Of a DNA stretch of 15,297 nt, positions 1 through 8,501 are shown in pieces. Within the stretch, counting starts at the first letter, position 1; every line of letters starts with the position of its first letter. The DNA is from Naegleria gruberi (Eukaryota): NCBI GenBank assembly GCA_000004985.1, contig GG738964.1, one strand, 5' to 3'. The notes beneath the pieces were generated by a model. The model made no database searches, was not told the DNA's origin, and saw only the letters and a list, made by a program, of their open reading frames with translations. A program made the position numbers and the translations under genes.

Positions 1-875
1 CCTAAAAAAATAGATTTTAATAAAAATATTTCAATATATTCAATATCTTCTAAAAATAATTGTAAAGTATTATCTTTCATTATTGATAATATTTTACATA
101 AATTAATTGAACAATTTGGATTTAAATTACATAAATATCTTAACATTATTTTATAATATTTTGTTGAATTAAAATAATTAATTGCAATAAATTTATAAAC
201 ATTTTCAGAAATATTTTCATTGTTAGAAAAATAAATAATCAAATTTTTTAAAAAATAATCATAATCAATACATTCATTTATAAATTCATTACTATATATA
301 ATATTATTACTATATATATCTTTATAATCATCAATACTATCTATATATTCATATACTCTATTAGGATTATTTAATATATTATGAATAAAAAATTTTATAG
401 ATTCTTTATTTGTAAAATTAATTTGATATTTTAATAATTGATAATTAAAATTATTAATAAATTTAGTTTCTTTTTTAATTTTATTTTCTATTTTTTTAAA
501 TCTTTTTATAAATTTATTATTTTCATAATAATAAAAATATTTATCAACAATTAATGTAAATGTTAAATGTTCAACATTAAATAATTCATTTAATTTATTA
601 TAATGTTCTAATAGAAATGATTTATACTTATTTAACCAAAATATACTATTTATATTATTATTATTATTTTCATCATGATGACATAATTTAATATATTCAT
701 GATTACTTTTACTTTCATAATTAGTATTATTATTAATATCATTATTTATATATATATTAATAACATGATTCCAATCAGAAGAAACACATCGGAATGAACA
801 TATGTCATTTAATGATATAAATGATGCAATAACAGTTAATGAATCAATAGACAGTACATGTGATATTTGTGTCAT
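1..875 (-). CDS. F-box-like domain protein, partial (N-terminal 291 codons; 3' end lies beyond the left window edge)
   Basis: I checked every minus-strand codon in this frame from the ATG (plus 'cat' 873-875) to position 3 and found no stop. An in-frame TAA lies immediately upstream (plus 'tta' 879-881). The N-terminus 'LSIDSLTVIASFISLNDICSFRCVSSDWNHVI' fits the F-box consensus L..D.L..I.S.L...D.....R.VS..W. The rest is Asn/Tyr/Ile-rich with no domain I can name. It is missing from the ORF track because there is no in-window stop. Confidence 0.55.
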   Translation of the reverse strand, partial: MTQISHVLSIDSLTVIASFISLNDICSFRCVSSDWNHVINIYINNDINNNTNYESKSNHEYIKLCHHDENNNNNINSIFWLNKYKSFLLEHYNKLNELFNVEHLTFTLIVDKYFYYYENNKFIKRFKKIENKIKKETKFINNFNYQLLKYQINFTNKESIKFFIHNILNNPNRVYEYIDSIDDYKDIYSNNIIYSNEFINECIDYDYFLKNLIIYFSNNENISENVYKFIAINYFNSTKYYKIMLRYLCNLNPNCSINLCKILSIMKDNTLQLFLEDIEYIEIFLLKSIFL

Positions 876-942
876 TTTTTAATAATAATAATTAGCATGC
901 CTTTCATGATTCATTATCAATCATAATCAATTTAATTAAAAA
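876..942. promoter_or_regulatory. 67-bp divergent intergenic region between the head-to-head F-box-like gene and the Cys-rich ORF; presumptive shared promoter
   Basis: The region is very AT-rich. ATGs at 875 (minus) and 943 (plus) face away from each other. It contains 'atcaatcataatcaat'. Confidence 0.35.
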
Positions 943-1242
943 ATGTCAGCACATGGTAATAGTGGAAATCGTGTAAAAAATTTAAAAGGAACCACTGGAT
1001 GTTCACATTATAGAGGATTAGAAGAAAATTTAAATAGTGATACTAAATGTGCAGTTAATGGATGTGATGGAAATGCAACAAGAGCATGTCATGTTATTTA
1101 TTCTAATCAAAATGAAAATACAGGTACAAGATATATTGTCTACATGTGTCCTAGTTGTAATGGTAAAAATGATCAAATATTTGATATTAGATTAAATGCA
1201 AAAATGTATGAATTAAATAATTGTACATGTGGTCATTATTAA
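943..1242 (+). CDS. small Cys/His-rich protein (99 aa; 8 Cys, 3 His; CxxxxC, CPSC and CTCGH motifs), function unknown; possible zinc-binding protein
   Basis: This 100-codon open frame sits in a genome where random frames close quickly. Its G+C is clearly higher than in the flanking intergenic DNA, and its codon choice (ggt, tgt, aat, caa) is Dictyostelium-like. Cysteines sit at residues 20, 36, 41, 49, 69, 72, 94 and 96. I recognise no family. Confidence 0.5.
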   Translation: MSAHGNSGNRVKNLKGTTGCSHYRGLEENLNSDTKCAVNGCDGNATRACHVIYSNQNENTGTRYIVYMCPSCNGKNDQIFDIRLNAKMYELNNCTCGHY

Positions 1243-1399
1243 AAATTATTAATTAATTATATTCATCATTATTTAGACTATTAATTTACAATACTGAGTC
1301 TGTACTGAAATTGAAACAAATTTTTATATATCATGTTAATAATATTATATTAATAAGAATGGTAATTAATGAATCTAATGTATATAGTATCTATTAGAT

Positions 1400-1407
1400 T
1401 TTGGCGC
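1400..1407 (+). promoter_or_regulatory. E2F-consensus octamer TTTGGCGC (TTTSSCGC), ~107 bp upstream of the kinesin ATG
   Basis: This is an exact match to the E2F consensus. It lies in a small GC island (1399-1434, 'ttttggcgctaatttgttaccgctctcaagcg') within otherwise ~90% AT intergenic DNA. GCGC is otherwise essentially absent from the determined sequence. Confidence 0.3.
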
Positions 1408-1458
1408 TAATTTGTTACCGCTCTCAAGCGTTAATAATTATCATTTAAAAAAAAAGCC

Positions 1459-1494
1459 TTAATACATTTTTATTAACAGTGTATTAATAACACT
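1459..1494. repeat. Inverted repeat TTAATACA-N13-TGTATTAA (1459-1466 / 1480-1487), overlapping a near-palindrome AGTGT-ATTAATA-ACACT (1478-1494), 20-55 bp upstream of the kinesin ATG
   Basis: The reverse-complement arms were read directly from the sequence. The element lies in the core promoter or 5'UTR position of the kinesin gene. Confidence 0.3.
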
Positions 1495-1513
1495 ATTTTG
1501 ATACTGCTGAAGG

Positions 1514-2304
1514 ATGGAGAATATCAATCCTCAACTCGACAAGACAAATTTAAAATACTACAATAATCAAATTAATATGTTTCAACAACCTCAATCTTTT
1601 TCCTCAATGAAAAAGAATCCAAATACTAATAATATGAATACTACTAATAACATGACTAATAATCCTCAACAAATTAATTACATGCAACAACAACAACAAT
1701 ACATGATGATGATGGATCCAAATGCCATGAATCAAACTGTAACATCACCTACTCTTCTTCAACAACAACAGCAATATATGAATATGATTGCTGCTACAAT
1801 GATGAATCAACAACAATTACCATCAAATAATTATTCAAAGCCTCCTAATACTATTAATAATATGAATTATCAATTACAACAACAACAACAACCCTCCAGT
1901 AACATTTCAATTAGTAATTTGCCTCAATCTAATATGATTGGTAGTAATAATAATGTTACTACTACTAGTACAACTAAATCTGTATCATTCAATCCTTCAT
2001 CCACTAATTTATCATCCTCAACAGCCTCTTCTAATATGACTAATACTCATTCTACTTCACAATTATCTGCTCAAAATATTAATACTATTAATACTAAAAC
2101 TAAAACCCTTCTTAATAATCCTAATACTAGTATTATTGGTAATAATCCAACAATAAGTAATAATACTGTTAGTAACACAACTGCTAATAATGCCACCTCT
2201 ACTGCTGCTACTTCAGCTAGCAATAATAATAATTCATTAGTATCATCTACTAGTACTAATACTAATACTAATACTACCACTACTACCAGCAACAATAATA
2301 CAAC
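1514..2304 (+). repeat. Coding low-complexity (prion-like) Q/N/S/T-rich region forming a ~265-aa N-terminal extension of the kinesin
   Basis: Translation contains runs such as QQQQQ, NNNNS, TNTNTNTTTTTSNNNT and MMMM. The underlying codons are mostly caa, aat and act repeats. The antisense ORF 2071-2295 is a shadow of this region. Confidence 0.8.
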
Positions 2305-3336
2305 TCGAGTTAAAGTAGTTGTTAGAGTTAGACCACAAGTATCAGAAGATATAAGTAATAGTCAAATATTTGGAGAATATCCACCATGTGTAGCAACAGT
2401 TAAAAATACAGTTATATTAAAAAGAGAATGTTATGATGATAGAGAATTTACATTTGATAAAGTGTTAGAACCAACATGTTCTCAAGATGAAATGTATAAA
2501 CAAGTTGGTAAAAACATTGTTAATGATGTATTAAAAGGATATAATGGAACTGTATTGGCATATGGTCAAACAGGATCAGGTAAAACATTTACTATATTTG
2601 GAAGTTCAACAGATCCAAAAAGGATTATTAAACCTAATGAAAATATAATTGATAAATATAGTGGAGTTATTCCTAGATGTATAAATCAAATATTTGAACA
2701 TGTACAAGAATATTCAAATAATACAGAATTTAGAGTTTTTGTTTCATTTATGCAAATATATATGGAAAATATAATGGATTTACTTGATGCAAGTAAAACA
2801 AATTTACCAATTAGAGAAGATCCAAAAAATGGAGTATTTGTAGAACAATTAACACAAGTACAAGTTAATGAACCTTATGAAGTAATGCAATTAATTAAGG
2901 AAGGATCTAAAAATAGACAAGTAAATTCTACAAATATGAATAAGTTATCTTCACGTTCACATGTAATATTAATGATTACAGTTGAACAAAAATCATCAAG
3001 TGATAAAAGTGTTAAAAGAGGAGTGTTACATATTGTTGATTTGGCAGGAAGTGAAAGAGTTTTTAAATCTGGAAGTGAAGGTCAACGATTGGAAGAAGCT
3101 AAAAAAATTAATAAGAGTTTAAGTGCTTTGGGTAATTGTGTTGCTGCCCTGACAGAGGAAAATGTTTATCATGTACCATTTCGTGATTCCAAATTAACAC
3201 GTTTATTAACAGATTCATTAGGTGGTAATGCTAAAACATGTCTTGTTGCAACTATTGGACCATCTATGTGGAATTATGATGAATCTTATTCTACTTTACA
3301 TTTTGCTAATAGAGCAATGAATGTTAAAAATCAGCA
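1514..3336 (+). CDS. kinesin heavy-chain-like motor protein, 5' part (N-terminal low-complexity extension plus a complete motor domain; the remainder is lost in the N run)
   Basis: The ATG at 1514 follows an in-frame TGA at 1508-1510. The motor starts at 'RVKVVVRVRP' (~2305). The P-loop 'GQTGSGKT' is at 2564-2587. Switch I is 'NMNKLSSRSH', switch II is 'LHIVDLAGSER', followed by 'EAKKINKSLSALGNCVAAL' and 'HVPFRDSKLTRLLTDSLGGNAKT'. The motor ends at 'LHFANRAMNVKNQ' just before the N run. The 'INKSLSALG' and 'SSRSH' strings most resemble kinesin-1 (KHC) cores. I do not assign a kif number. Confidence 0.9.
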
Positions 3337-6300
3337 NNNNNNNNNNNNNNNNNNNNNNNNNNNNNNNNNNNNNNNNNNNNNNNNNNNNNNNNNNNNNNNN
3401 NNNNNNNNNNNNNNNNNNNNNNNNNNNNNNNNNNNNNNNNNNNNNNNNNNNNNNNNNNNNNNNNNNNNNNNNNNNNNNNNNNNNNNNNNNNNNNNNNNNN
3501 NNNNNNNNNNNNNNNNNNNNNNNNNNNNNNNNNNNNNNNNNNNNNNNNNNNNNNNNNNNNNNNNNNNNNNNNNNNNNNNNNNNNNNNNNNNNNNNNNNNN
3601 NNNNNNNNNNNNNNNNNNNNNNNNNNNNNNNNNNNNNNNNNNNNNNNNNNNNNNNNNNNNNNNNNNNNNNNNNNNNNNNNNNNNNNNNNNNNNNNNNNNN
3701 NNNNNNNNNNNNNNNNNNNNNNNNNNNNNNNNNNNNNNNNNNNNNNNNNNNNNNNNNNNNNNNNNNNNNNNNNNNNNNNNNNNNNNNNNNNNNNNNNNNN
3801 NNNNNNNNNNNNNNNNNNNNNNNNNNNNNNNNNNNNNNNNNNNNNNNNNNNNNNNNNNNNNNNNNNNNNNNNNNNNNNNNNNNNNNNNNNNNNNNNNNNN
3901 NNNNNNNNNNNNNNNNNNNNNNNNNNNNNNNNNNNNNNNNNNNNNNNNNNNNNNNNNNNNNNNNNNNNNNNNNNNNNNNNNNNNNNNNNNNNNNNNNNNN
4001 NNNNNNNNNNNNNNNNNNNNNNNNNNNNNNNNNNNNNNNNNNNNNNNNNNNNNNNNNNNNNNNNNNNNNNNNNNNNNNNNNNNNNNNNNNNNNNNNNNNN
4101 NNNNNNNNNNNNNNNNNNNNNNNNNNNNNNNNNNNNNNNNNNNNNNNNNNNNNNNNNNNNNNNNNNNNNNNNNNNNNNNNNNNNNNNNNNNNNNNNNNNN
4201 NNNNNNNNNNNNNNNNNNNNNNNNNNNNNNNNNNNNNNNNNNNNNNNNNNNNNNNNNNNNNNNNNNNNNNNNNNNNNNNNNNNNNNNNNNNNNNNNNNNN
4301 NNNNNNNNNNNNNNNNNNNNNNNNNNNNNNNNNNNNNNNNNNNNNNNNNNNNNNNNNNNNNNNNNNNNNNNNNNNNNNNNNNNNNNNNNNNNNNNNNNNN
4401 NNNNNNNNNNNNNNNNNNNNNNNNNNNNNNNNNNNNNNNNNNNNNNNNNNNNNNNNNNNNNNNNNNNNNNNNNNNNNNNNNNNNNNNNNNNNNNNNNNNN
4501 NNNNNNNNNNNNNNNNNNNNNNNNNNNNNNNNNNNNNNNNNNNNNNNNNNNNNNNNNNNNNNNNNNNNNNNNNNNNNNNNNNNNNNNNNNNNNNNNNNNN
4601 NNNNNNNNNNNNNNNNNNNNNNNNNNNNNNNNNNNNNNNNNNNNNNNNNNNNNNNNNNNNNNNNNNNNNNNNNNNNNNNNNNNNNNNNNNNNNNNNNNNN
4701 NNNNNNNNNNNNNNNNNNNNNNNNNNNNNNNNNNNNNNNNNNNNNNNNNNNNNNNNNNNNNNNNNNNNNNNNNNNNNNNNNNNNNNNNNNNNNNNNNNNN
4801 NNNNNNNNNNNNNNNNNNNNNNNNNNNNNNNNNNNNNNNNNNNNNNNNNNNNNNNNNNNNNNNNNNNNNNNNNNNNNNNNNNNNNNNNNNNNNNNNNNNN
4901 NNNNNNNNNNNNNNNNNNNNNNNNNNNNNNNNNNNNNNNNNNNNNNNNNNNNNNNNNNNNNNNNNNNNNNNNNNNNNNNNNNNNNNNNNNNNNNNNNNNN
5001 NNNNNNNNNNNNNNNNNNNNNNNNNNNNNNNNNNNNNNNNNNNNNNNNNNNNNNNNNNNNNNNNNNNNNNNNNNNNNNNNNNNNNNNNNNNNNNNNNNNN
5101 NNNNNNNNNNNNNNNNNNNNNNNNNNNNNNNNNNNNNNNNNNNNNNNNNNNNNNNNNNNNNNNNNNNNNNNNNNNNNNNNNNNNNNNNNNNNNNNNNNNN
5201 NNNNNNNNNNNNNNNNNNNNNNNNNNNNNNNNNNNNNNNNNNNNNNNNNNNNNNNNNNNNNNNNNNNNNNNNNNNNNNNNNNNNNNNNNNNNNNNNNNNN
5301 NNNNNNNNNNNNNNNNNNNNNNNNNNNNNNNNNNNNNNNNNNNNNNNNNNNNNNNNNNNNNNNNNNNNNNNNNNNNNNNNNNNNNNNNNNNNNNNNNNNN
5401 NNNNNNNNNNNNNNNNNNNNNNNNNNNNNNNNNNNNNNNNNNNNNNNNNNNNNNNNNNNNNNNNNNNNNNNNNNNNNNNNNNNNNNNNNNNNNNNNNNNN
5501 NNNNNNNNNNNNNNNNNNNNNNNNNNNNNNNNNNNNNNNNNNNNNNNNNNNNNNNNNNNNNNNNNNNNNNNNNNNNNNNNNNNNNNNNNNNNNNNNNNNN
5601 NNNNNNNNNNNNNNNNNNNNNNNNNNNNNNNNNNNNNNNNNNNNNNNNNNNNNNNNNNNNNNNNNNNNNNNNNNNNNNNNNNNNNNNNNNNNNNNNNNNN
5701 NNNNNNNNNNNNNNNNNNNNNNNNNNNNNNNNNNNNNNNNNNNNNNNNNNNNNNNNNNNNNNNNNNNNNNNNNNNNNNNNNNNNNNNNNNNNNNNNNNNN
5801 NNNNNNNNNNNNNNNNNNNNNNNNNNNNNNNNNNNNNNNNNNNNNNNNNNNNNNNNNNNNNNNNNNNNNNNNNNNNNNNNNNNNNNNNNNNNNNNNNNNN
5901 NNNNNNNNNNNNNNNNNNNNNNNNNNNNNNNNNNNNNNNNNNNNNNNNNNNNNNNNNNNNNNNNNNNNNNNNNNNNNNNNNNNNNNNNNNNNNNNNNNNN
6001 NNNNNNNNNNNNNNNNNNNNNNNNNNNNNNNNNNNNNNNNNNNNNNNNNNNNNNNNNNNNNNNNNNNNNNNNNNNNNNNNNNNNNNNNNNNNNNNNNNNN
6101 NNNNNNNNNNNNNNNNNNNNNNNNNNNNNNNNNNNNNNNNNNNNNNNNNNNNNNNNNNNNNNNNNNNNNNNNNNNNNNNNNNNNNNNNNNNNNNNNNNNN
6201 NNNNNNNNNNNNNNNNNNNNNNNNNNNNNNNNNNNNNNNNNNNNNNNNNNNNNNNNNNNNNNNNNNNNNNNNNNNNNNNNNNNNNNNNNNNNNNNNNNNN

Positions 6301-7218
6301 NNNNNNNNNNNNNNNNNNNNNNNNNNNNNNNNNNNNNNNNNNNNNNNNNNNNNNNNNNNNNNNNNNNNNNNNNNNNNNNNNNNNNNNNNNNNNNNNNNNN
6401 NNNNNNNNNNNNNNNNNNNNNNNNNNNNNNNNNNNNNNNNNNNNNNNNNNNNNNNNNNNNNNNNNNNNNNNNNNNNNNNNNNNNNNNNNNNNNNNNNNNN
6501 NNNNNNNNNNNNNNNNNNNNNNNNNNNNNNNNNNNNNNNNNNNNNNNNNNNNNNNNNNNNNNNNNNNNNNNNNNNNNNNNNNNNNNNNNNNNNNNNNNNN
6601 NNNNNNNNNNNNNNNNNNNNNNNNNNNNNNNNNNNNNNNNNNNNNNNNNNNNNNNNNNNNNNNNNNNNNNNNNNNNNNNNNNNNNNNNNNNNNNNNNNNN
6701 NNNNNNNNNNNNNNNNNNNNNNNNNNNNNNNNNNNNNNNNNNNNNNNNNNNNNNNNNNNNNNNNNNNNNNNNNNNNNNNNNNNNNNNNNNNNNNNNNNNN
6801 NNNNNNNNNNNNNNNNNNNNNNNNNNNNNNNNNNNNNNNNNNNNNNNNNNNNNNNNNNNNNNNNNNNNNNNNNNNNNNNNNNNNNNNNNNNNNNNNNNNN
6901 NNNNNNNNNNNNNNNNNNNNNNNNNNNNNNNNNNNNNNNNNNNNNNNNNNNNNNNNNNNNNNNNNNNNNNNNNNNNNNNNNNNNNNNNNNNNNNNNNNNN
7001 NNNNNNNNNNNNNNNNNNNNNNNNNNNNNNNNNNNNNNNNNNNNNNNNNNNNNNNNNNNNNNNNNNNNNNNNNNNNNNNNNNNNNNNNNNNNNNNNNNNN
7101 NNNNNNNNNNNNNNNNNNNNNNNNNNNNNNNNNNNNNNNNNNNNNNNNNNNNNNNNNNNNNNNNNNNNNNNNNNNNNNNNNNNNNNNNNNNNNNNNNNNN
7201 NNNNNNNNNNNNNNNNNN
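3337..7218. other. Undetermined sequence (3,882 N): assembly gap or mask. It hides the kinesin stalk and tail, an intergenic region and the 5' part of the ABCA gene
   Basis: This is a run of n. Kinesin coding sequence enters it in frame 2. ABCA coding sequence exits it in frame 1. Confidence 0.95.
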
Positions 7219-7305
7219 GGTGGTATGAAAAGAAGATTATCTATTTGTATTGCTTGTATTGGTTCTCCTAAATTAATTTTATTAGATGAACCTACTACTG
7301 GTTTG
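7219..7305 (+). CDS. ABC transporter, ABCA subfamily: penultimate visible exon fragment (ABC signature and Walker B region), 5' part in the N run
   Basis: Frame-1 translation is '[29 protein letters not shown]'. This matches the LSGGxKRRLSxAxAL signature and the ILLDEPTxG Walker B of ABC nucleotide-binding domains. The exon ends at a GTATGT donor (7306). Confidence 0.8.
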
Positions 7306-7408
7306 GTATGTTTTTAAATTTATTTAATATTTAATTTATTTATTTTATAATTTTAATATTTTAATTTTAATATAATTTAATATTTAATATAATTTAATAT
7401 TTTAATAG
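7306..7408 (+). other. Intron (103 nt, GTATGT...TTTAATAG) of the ABCA gene
   Basis: It has the canonical Dictyostelium donor gtatgt and acceptor ag and is >90% AT with (AATTTAATATTT)-like repeats. Splicing joins 'LDEPTTGL' to 'DPFSRKKAWNL', which restores the conserved ABCA motif LDEPTxGxDPxSRRxxW. The 103-nt length shifts frame 1 to frame 2 exactly as needed. Confidence 0.8.
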
Positions 7409-8044
7409 GATCCATTTTCACGTAAAAAAGCATGGAATTTAATTCATAAAATGAAGAAAGGTAGAGCAATGATATTAACAACACATGCTATGGATGAAGC
7501 AGATTATTTAAGTGATCGTATTGCAATTATGGCACATGGTCAATTAAAATGTATTGGTGATTCATTATCTATTAAATCTCAATATGGAAGTGGATATAAT
7601 TTACTTGTAGTTGCTAATAATGGTTATGAAAAACAAGTTGTAAAAACAATTAATCAATATTTAACAAATGTTAAAATTGTTTCACAAAGTGCTGGTAATT
7701 TCATTTTCAATGTTCCTAAAGAACAAGTTAATGAATTAGGTCAATTAATTTCTTATTTGGAAAAATTAACAAGTGAAAATACTTTAAATAATAATGGAAC
7801 ATCTATTAATGGTAATACTAATATGATTAAAGATTGGGGTATTTCACAAACAACATTGGAAGAAGTTTATCTAAAAGTTACACAAAACTCTGAATTTTCA
7901 TACAAGAATGATGATAATGCTATTAGTATGGGTAATATGAGTGAAATTGCTGAAGAACAAGAATTAATTGAACACAACAACACTGTACCAAATGTTGTTT
8001 CACTCAATGATGTTAGTGAAATGACAAATAATGCAGAAGAATAA
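7409..8044 (+). CDS. ABC transporter, ABCA subfamily: terminal exon (H-loop and C-terminal regulatory region), stop TAA 8042-8044
   Basis: 'DPFSRKKAWNLIHKMKKGRAMILTTHAMDEADYLSDRIAIMAHGQLKCIGDSLSIKSQYGSGY' closely parallels the ABCA1-type NBD region '[25 protein letters not shown].LFLK...G.GY'. 'DWGISQTTLEEVYLKV' matches the ABCA 'GISETTLEEIFLKV' motif. The ORF track's 7451 start is only an internal Met. Confidence 0.85.
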   Translation, partial: DPFSRKKAWNLIHKMKKGRAMILTTHAMDEADYLSDRIAIMAHGQLKCIGDSLSIKSQYGSGYNLLVVANNGYEKQVVKTINQYLTNVKIVSQSAGNFIFNVPKEQVNELGQLISYLEKLTSENTLNNNGTSINGNTNMIKDWGISQTTLEEVYLKVTQNSEFSYKNDDNAISMGNMSEIAEEQELIEHNNTVPNVVSLNDVSEMTNNAEE

Positions 8045-8064
8045 TACATATAAATTAAATAATT

Positions 8065-8070
8065 AATAAA
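8065..8070 (+). terminator. AATAAA polyadenylation-signal-like hexamer 21 bp after the ABCA stop
   Basis: The sequence 'aattaataaatattt' was read directly. It lies in the 110-bp convergent 3' intergenic region between the ABCA gene (+) and the 8155-8501 gene (-). Confidence 0.3.
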
Positions 8071-8154
8071 TATTTATCAAACTTTTCATTTGATTACTGG
8101 AGGTTGGAATTAGTTTTCTAGTCCAATTAATCTTAATTCATATTGAGAATCTTA

Positions 8155-8501
8155 TTAAAATTCAAATCCAATTGGTAATAAAGTATCCTTATCATATTGA
8201 ATGAAAACATCACCTGATAAACCATCTAATTGTCTATCTAATGAAATTCTACCTGCTTCTAAAATTGCTGTTGTAATTAATGTTGCAATATGTGTTGGTA
8301 AATTTTTAATCTTATTGTCATTATTTTCATTGTTATTTTCATTATTTTCATAATTTCTAATAAAATCAACTGATGGTAATTGTAATTTTAATAAATCCAA
8401 ATCATTAATAAAATTATTTTGATATAAATAAACACATTCAATAAAAGAAGCTAAACTTTGATAACCATAACCATTTTGACCTGCAAATACACCTAATACA
8501 T
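8155..8501 (-). CDS. hypothetical protein, C-terminal 115 codons (5' part in the N run); function unknown
   Basis: The minus-strand frame stays open from the N run down to the TAA (plus 'tta' 8155-8157). It translates as '...VLGVFAGQNGYGYQSLASFIECVYLYQNNFINDLDLLKLQLPSVDFIRNYENNENNNENNDNKIKNLPTHIATLITTAILEAGRISLDRQLDGLSGDVFIQYDKDTLLPIGFEF*'. The ORF track's start at 8400 is a TTG called as an alternative start. The same frame continues upstream through 8401-8499 without a stop, so the track's ORFs 8155-8400 and the tail of 8438-12076 are one gene fragment mis-split. Confidence 0.55.
8318..8357 (-). repeat. Imperfect 9-nt tandem repeat (plus TCATTRTTT; minus GAAAATAAT) encoding NENNENNNENN within the 8155-8501 gene
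   Basis: The sequence reads 'tcattattttcattgttattttcattattttcataatttc'. Confidence 0.6.

Noticed and set aside
1397-1437. GC-rich island as a possible tRNA or small RNA gene
   Set aside because: It is only ~40 nt long, with no acceptor-stem or anticodon-arm complementarity or A/B-box pattern. It is better explained as a promoter element containing the E2F-like octamer.
2071-2295. 74-aa antisense ORF 'MLLVVVVVLVLV...' inside the kinesin
   Set aside because: It is an antisense shadow of the (AAT/ACT/CAA)n low-complexity coding repeat. It is hydrophobic poly-V/L nonsense with no independent support.
1514-7228. 1,904-aa ORF in the supplied track, which looks like a giant kinesin
   Set aside because: Only the first 608 residues are real sequence. 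The rest is X from 3,882 N plus a chance 'VV*' ending. The gene leaving the N run (ABCA) is in a different frame, so this is not one protein.
3321-7271. 1,316-aa + strand ORF starting 'MLKIS' and ending '[16 protein letters not shown]'
   Set aside because: It is entirely N-run translation bounded by a few real codons in the wrong frames (an internal ATG of the kinesin in frame 0, and frame 0 of the ABCA exon).
7867-8049. 60-aa antisense ORF overlapping the ABCA terminal exon
   Set aside because: It lies antisense to a well-supported conserved coding region. It is short, with no sequence features suggesting function.
8155-8400. 81-aa ORF with 'M' start at 8400
   Set aside because: The 'start' is a TTG used by the ORF caller as an alternative initiator. 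The same frame continues upstream without a stop to the N run, so this is an internal segment of a longer eukaryotic gene, not a separate small gene.
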